Source of the DNA: an uncultured Candidatus Binatia bacterium
Lineage (GTDB): Bacteria; Desulfobacterota; Binatia; UBA9968; JAJDTQ01
Reading direction: 5' to 3'
Assembly: GCA_964291295.2 (NCBI GenBank)
Contig: OZ219754.1
Coordinates: 416,001-480,000, forward strand
Length of the DNA: 64,000 nucleotides
Positions 63,834-64,000 of this stretch are shown piece by piece. The position numbers and the translations under genes were made by a program. The stretch's first letter is position 1, and each line of letters opens with the position of its first letter. A model generated the notes under the pieces. It had not been told where the DNA came from, made no database searches, and saw only the letters and a list, made by a program, of their open reading frames with translations.

Positions 63834-63902
63834 GGGTATCCGGAAGAGTATCGGGAAGAGAGTATCCAGGAAGCGTATCGGAAAAAACAAGCGTATCCGC
63901 AA
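63834..63902. repeat. Degenerate ~12-bp repeat with gtatc core
   Basis: gggtatccggaa/gagtatcgggaa/gagtatccagga/gcgtatcggaaa/gcgtatccgcaa. Confidence 0.7.
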
Positions 63903-63964
63903 CGACTCTTAACGACGCTTTCAGAAAGTGCCCCCGAAAAGCGGACAAAAACCAGGAGAAGGCC

Positions 63965-64000
63965 ATGACGACAGAACCCATCACCCTCGGCGGCAAGAAA
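63965..64000 (+). CDS. Partial CDS, possibly reductase protein A (GrdA-like)
   Basis: AGGAGA RBS then MTTEPITLGGKK; position after grdC and LxGKK resemble GrdA N-termini; only 12 codons visible. Confidence 0.4.
   Translation, partial: MTTEPITLGGKK

Overview
GC-rich bacterial chromosomal window. The gene repertoire suggests a deltaproteobacterium/Binatia-like organism (inference only). 1-31.7 kb holds housekeeping and catabolic genes: a partial PpiD/SurA-type gene, mreBCD-mrdA-rodA, folE-pepA-trxA, ptsP, a FliA-type sigma factor, an M48/TPR protease, a TctA-TctB fusion and a separate TctC, fabI, a cobalamin adenosyltransferase, two cytochromes c, two paralogous MFS genes, an M24-fold hydrolase, an LLM oxidoreductase, DppB/C permeases and a UbiD-family decarboxylase. 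31.8-45.5 kb is a defence island. It starts with a graveyard of remnants (frameshifted hicB, truncated DUF3800 gene with a promoter-short RNA-terminator leader, Rpn and integrase fragments, an internally deleted IS5). A complete type I-E CRISPR-Cas locus follows (cas3, cas8e, cse2, cas7, cas5, cas6e, cas1, cas2; 22 repeats/21 spacers). An IS630 sits inside the oldest spacer. The cas3-cas8e gap contains a sigma70-like promoter, a degenerate repeat-33 nt spacer-degenerate repeat unit (candidate regulatory crRNA-like RNA) and a 167-bp CTAG-flanked MITE. 45.5-64 kb holds nnrS, an EamA transporter, a Mo-hydroxylase (M/L/S)-CoA ligase-enolase superfamily-alpha/beta hydrolase catabolic operon, a GGCT-like gene, an RTX protein, an M20 amidohydrolase, a GrdC-like gene and the first 12 codons of a possible GrdA. 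All calls come from motif recognition by eye; no database searches were run.
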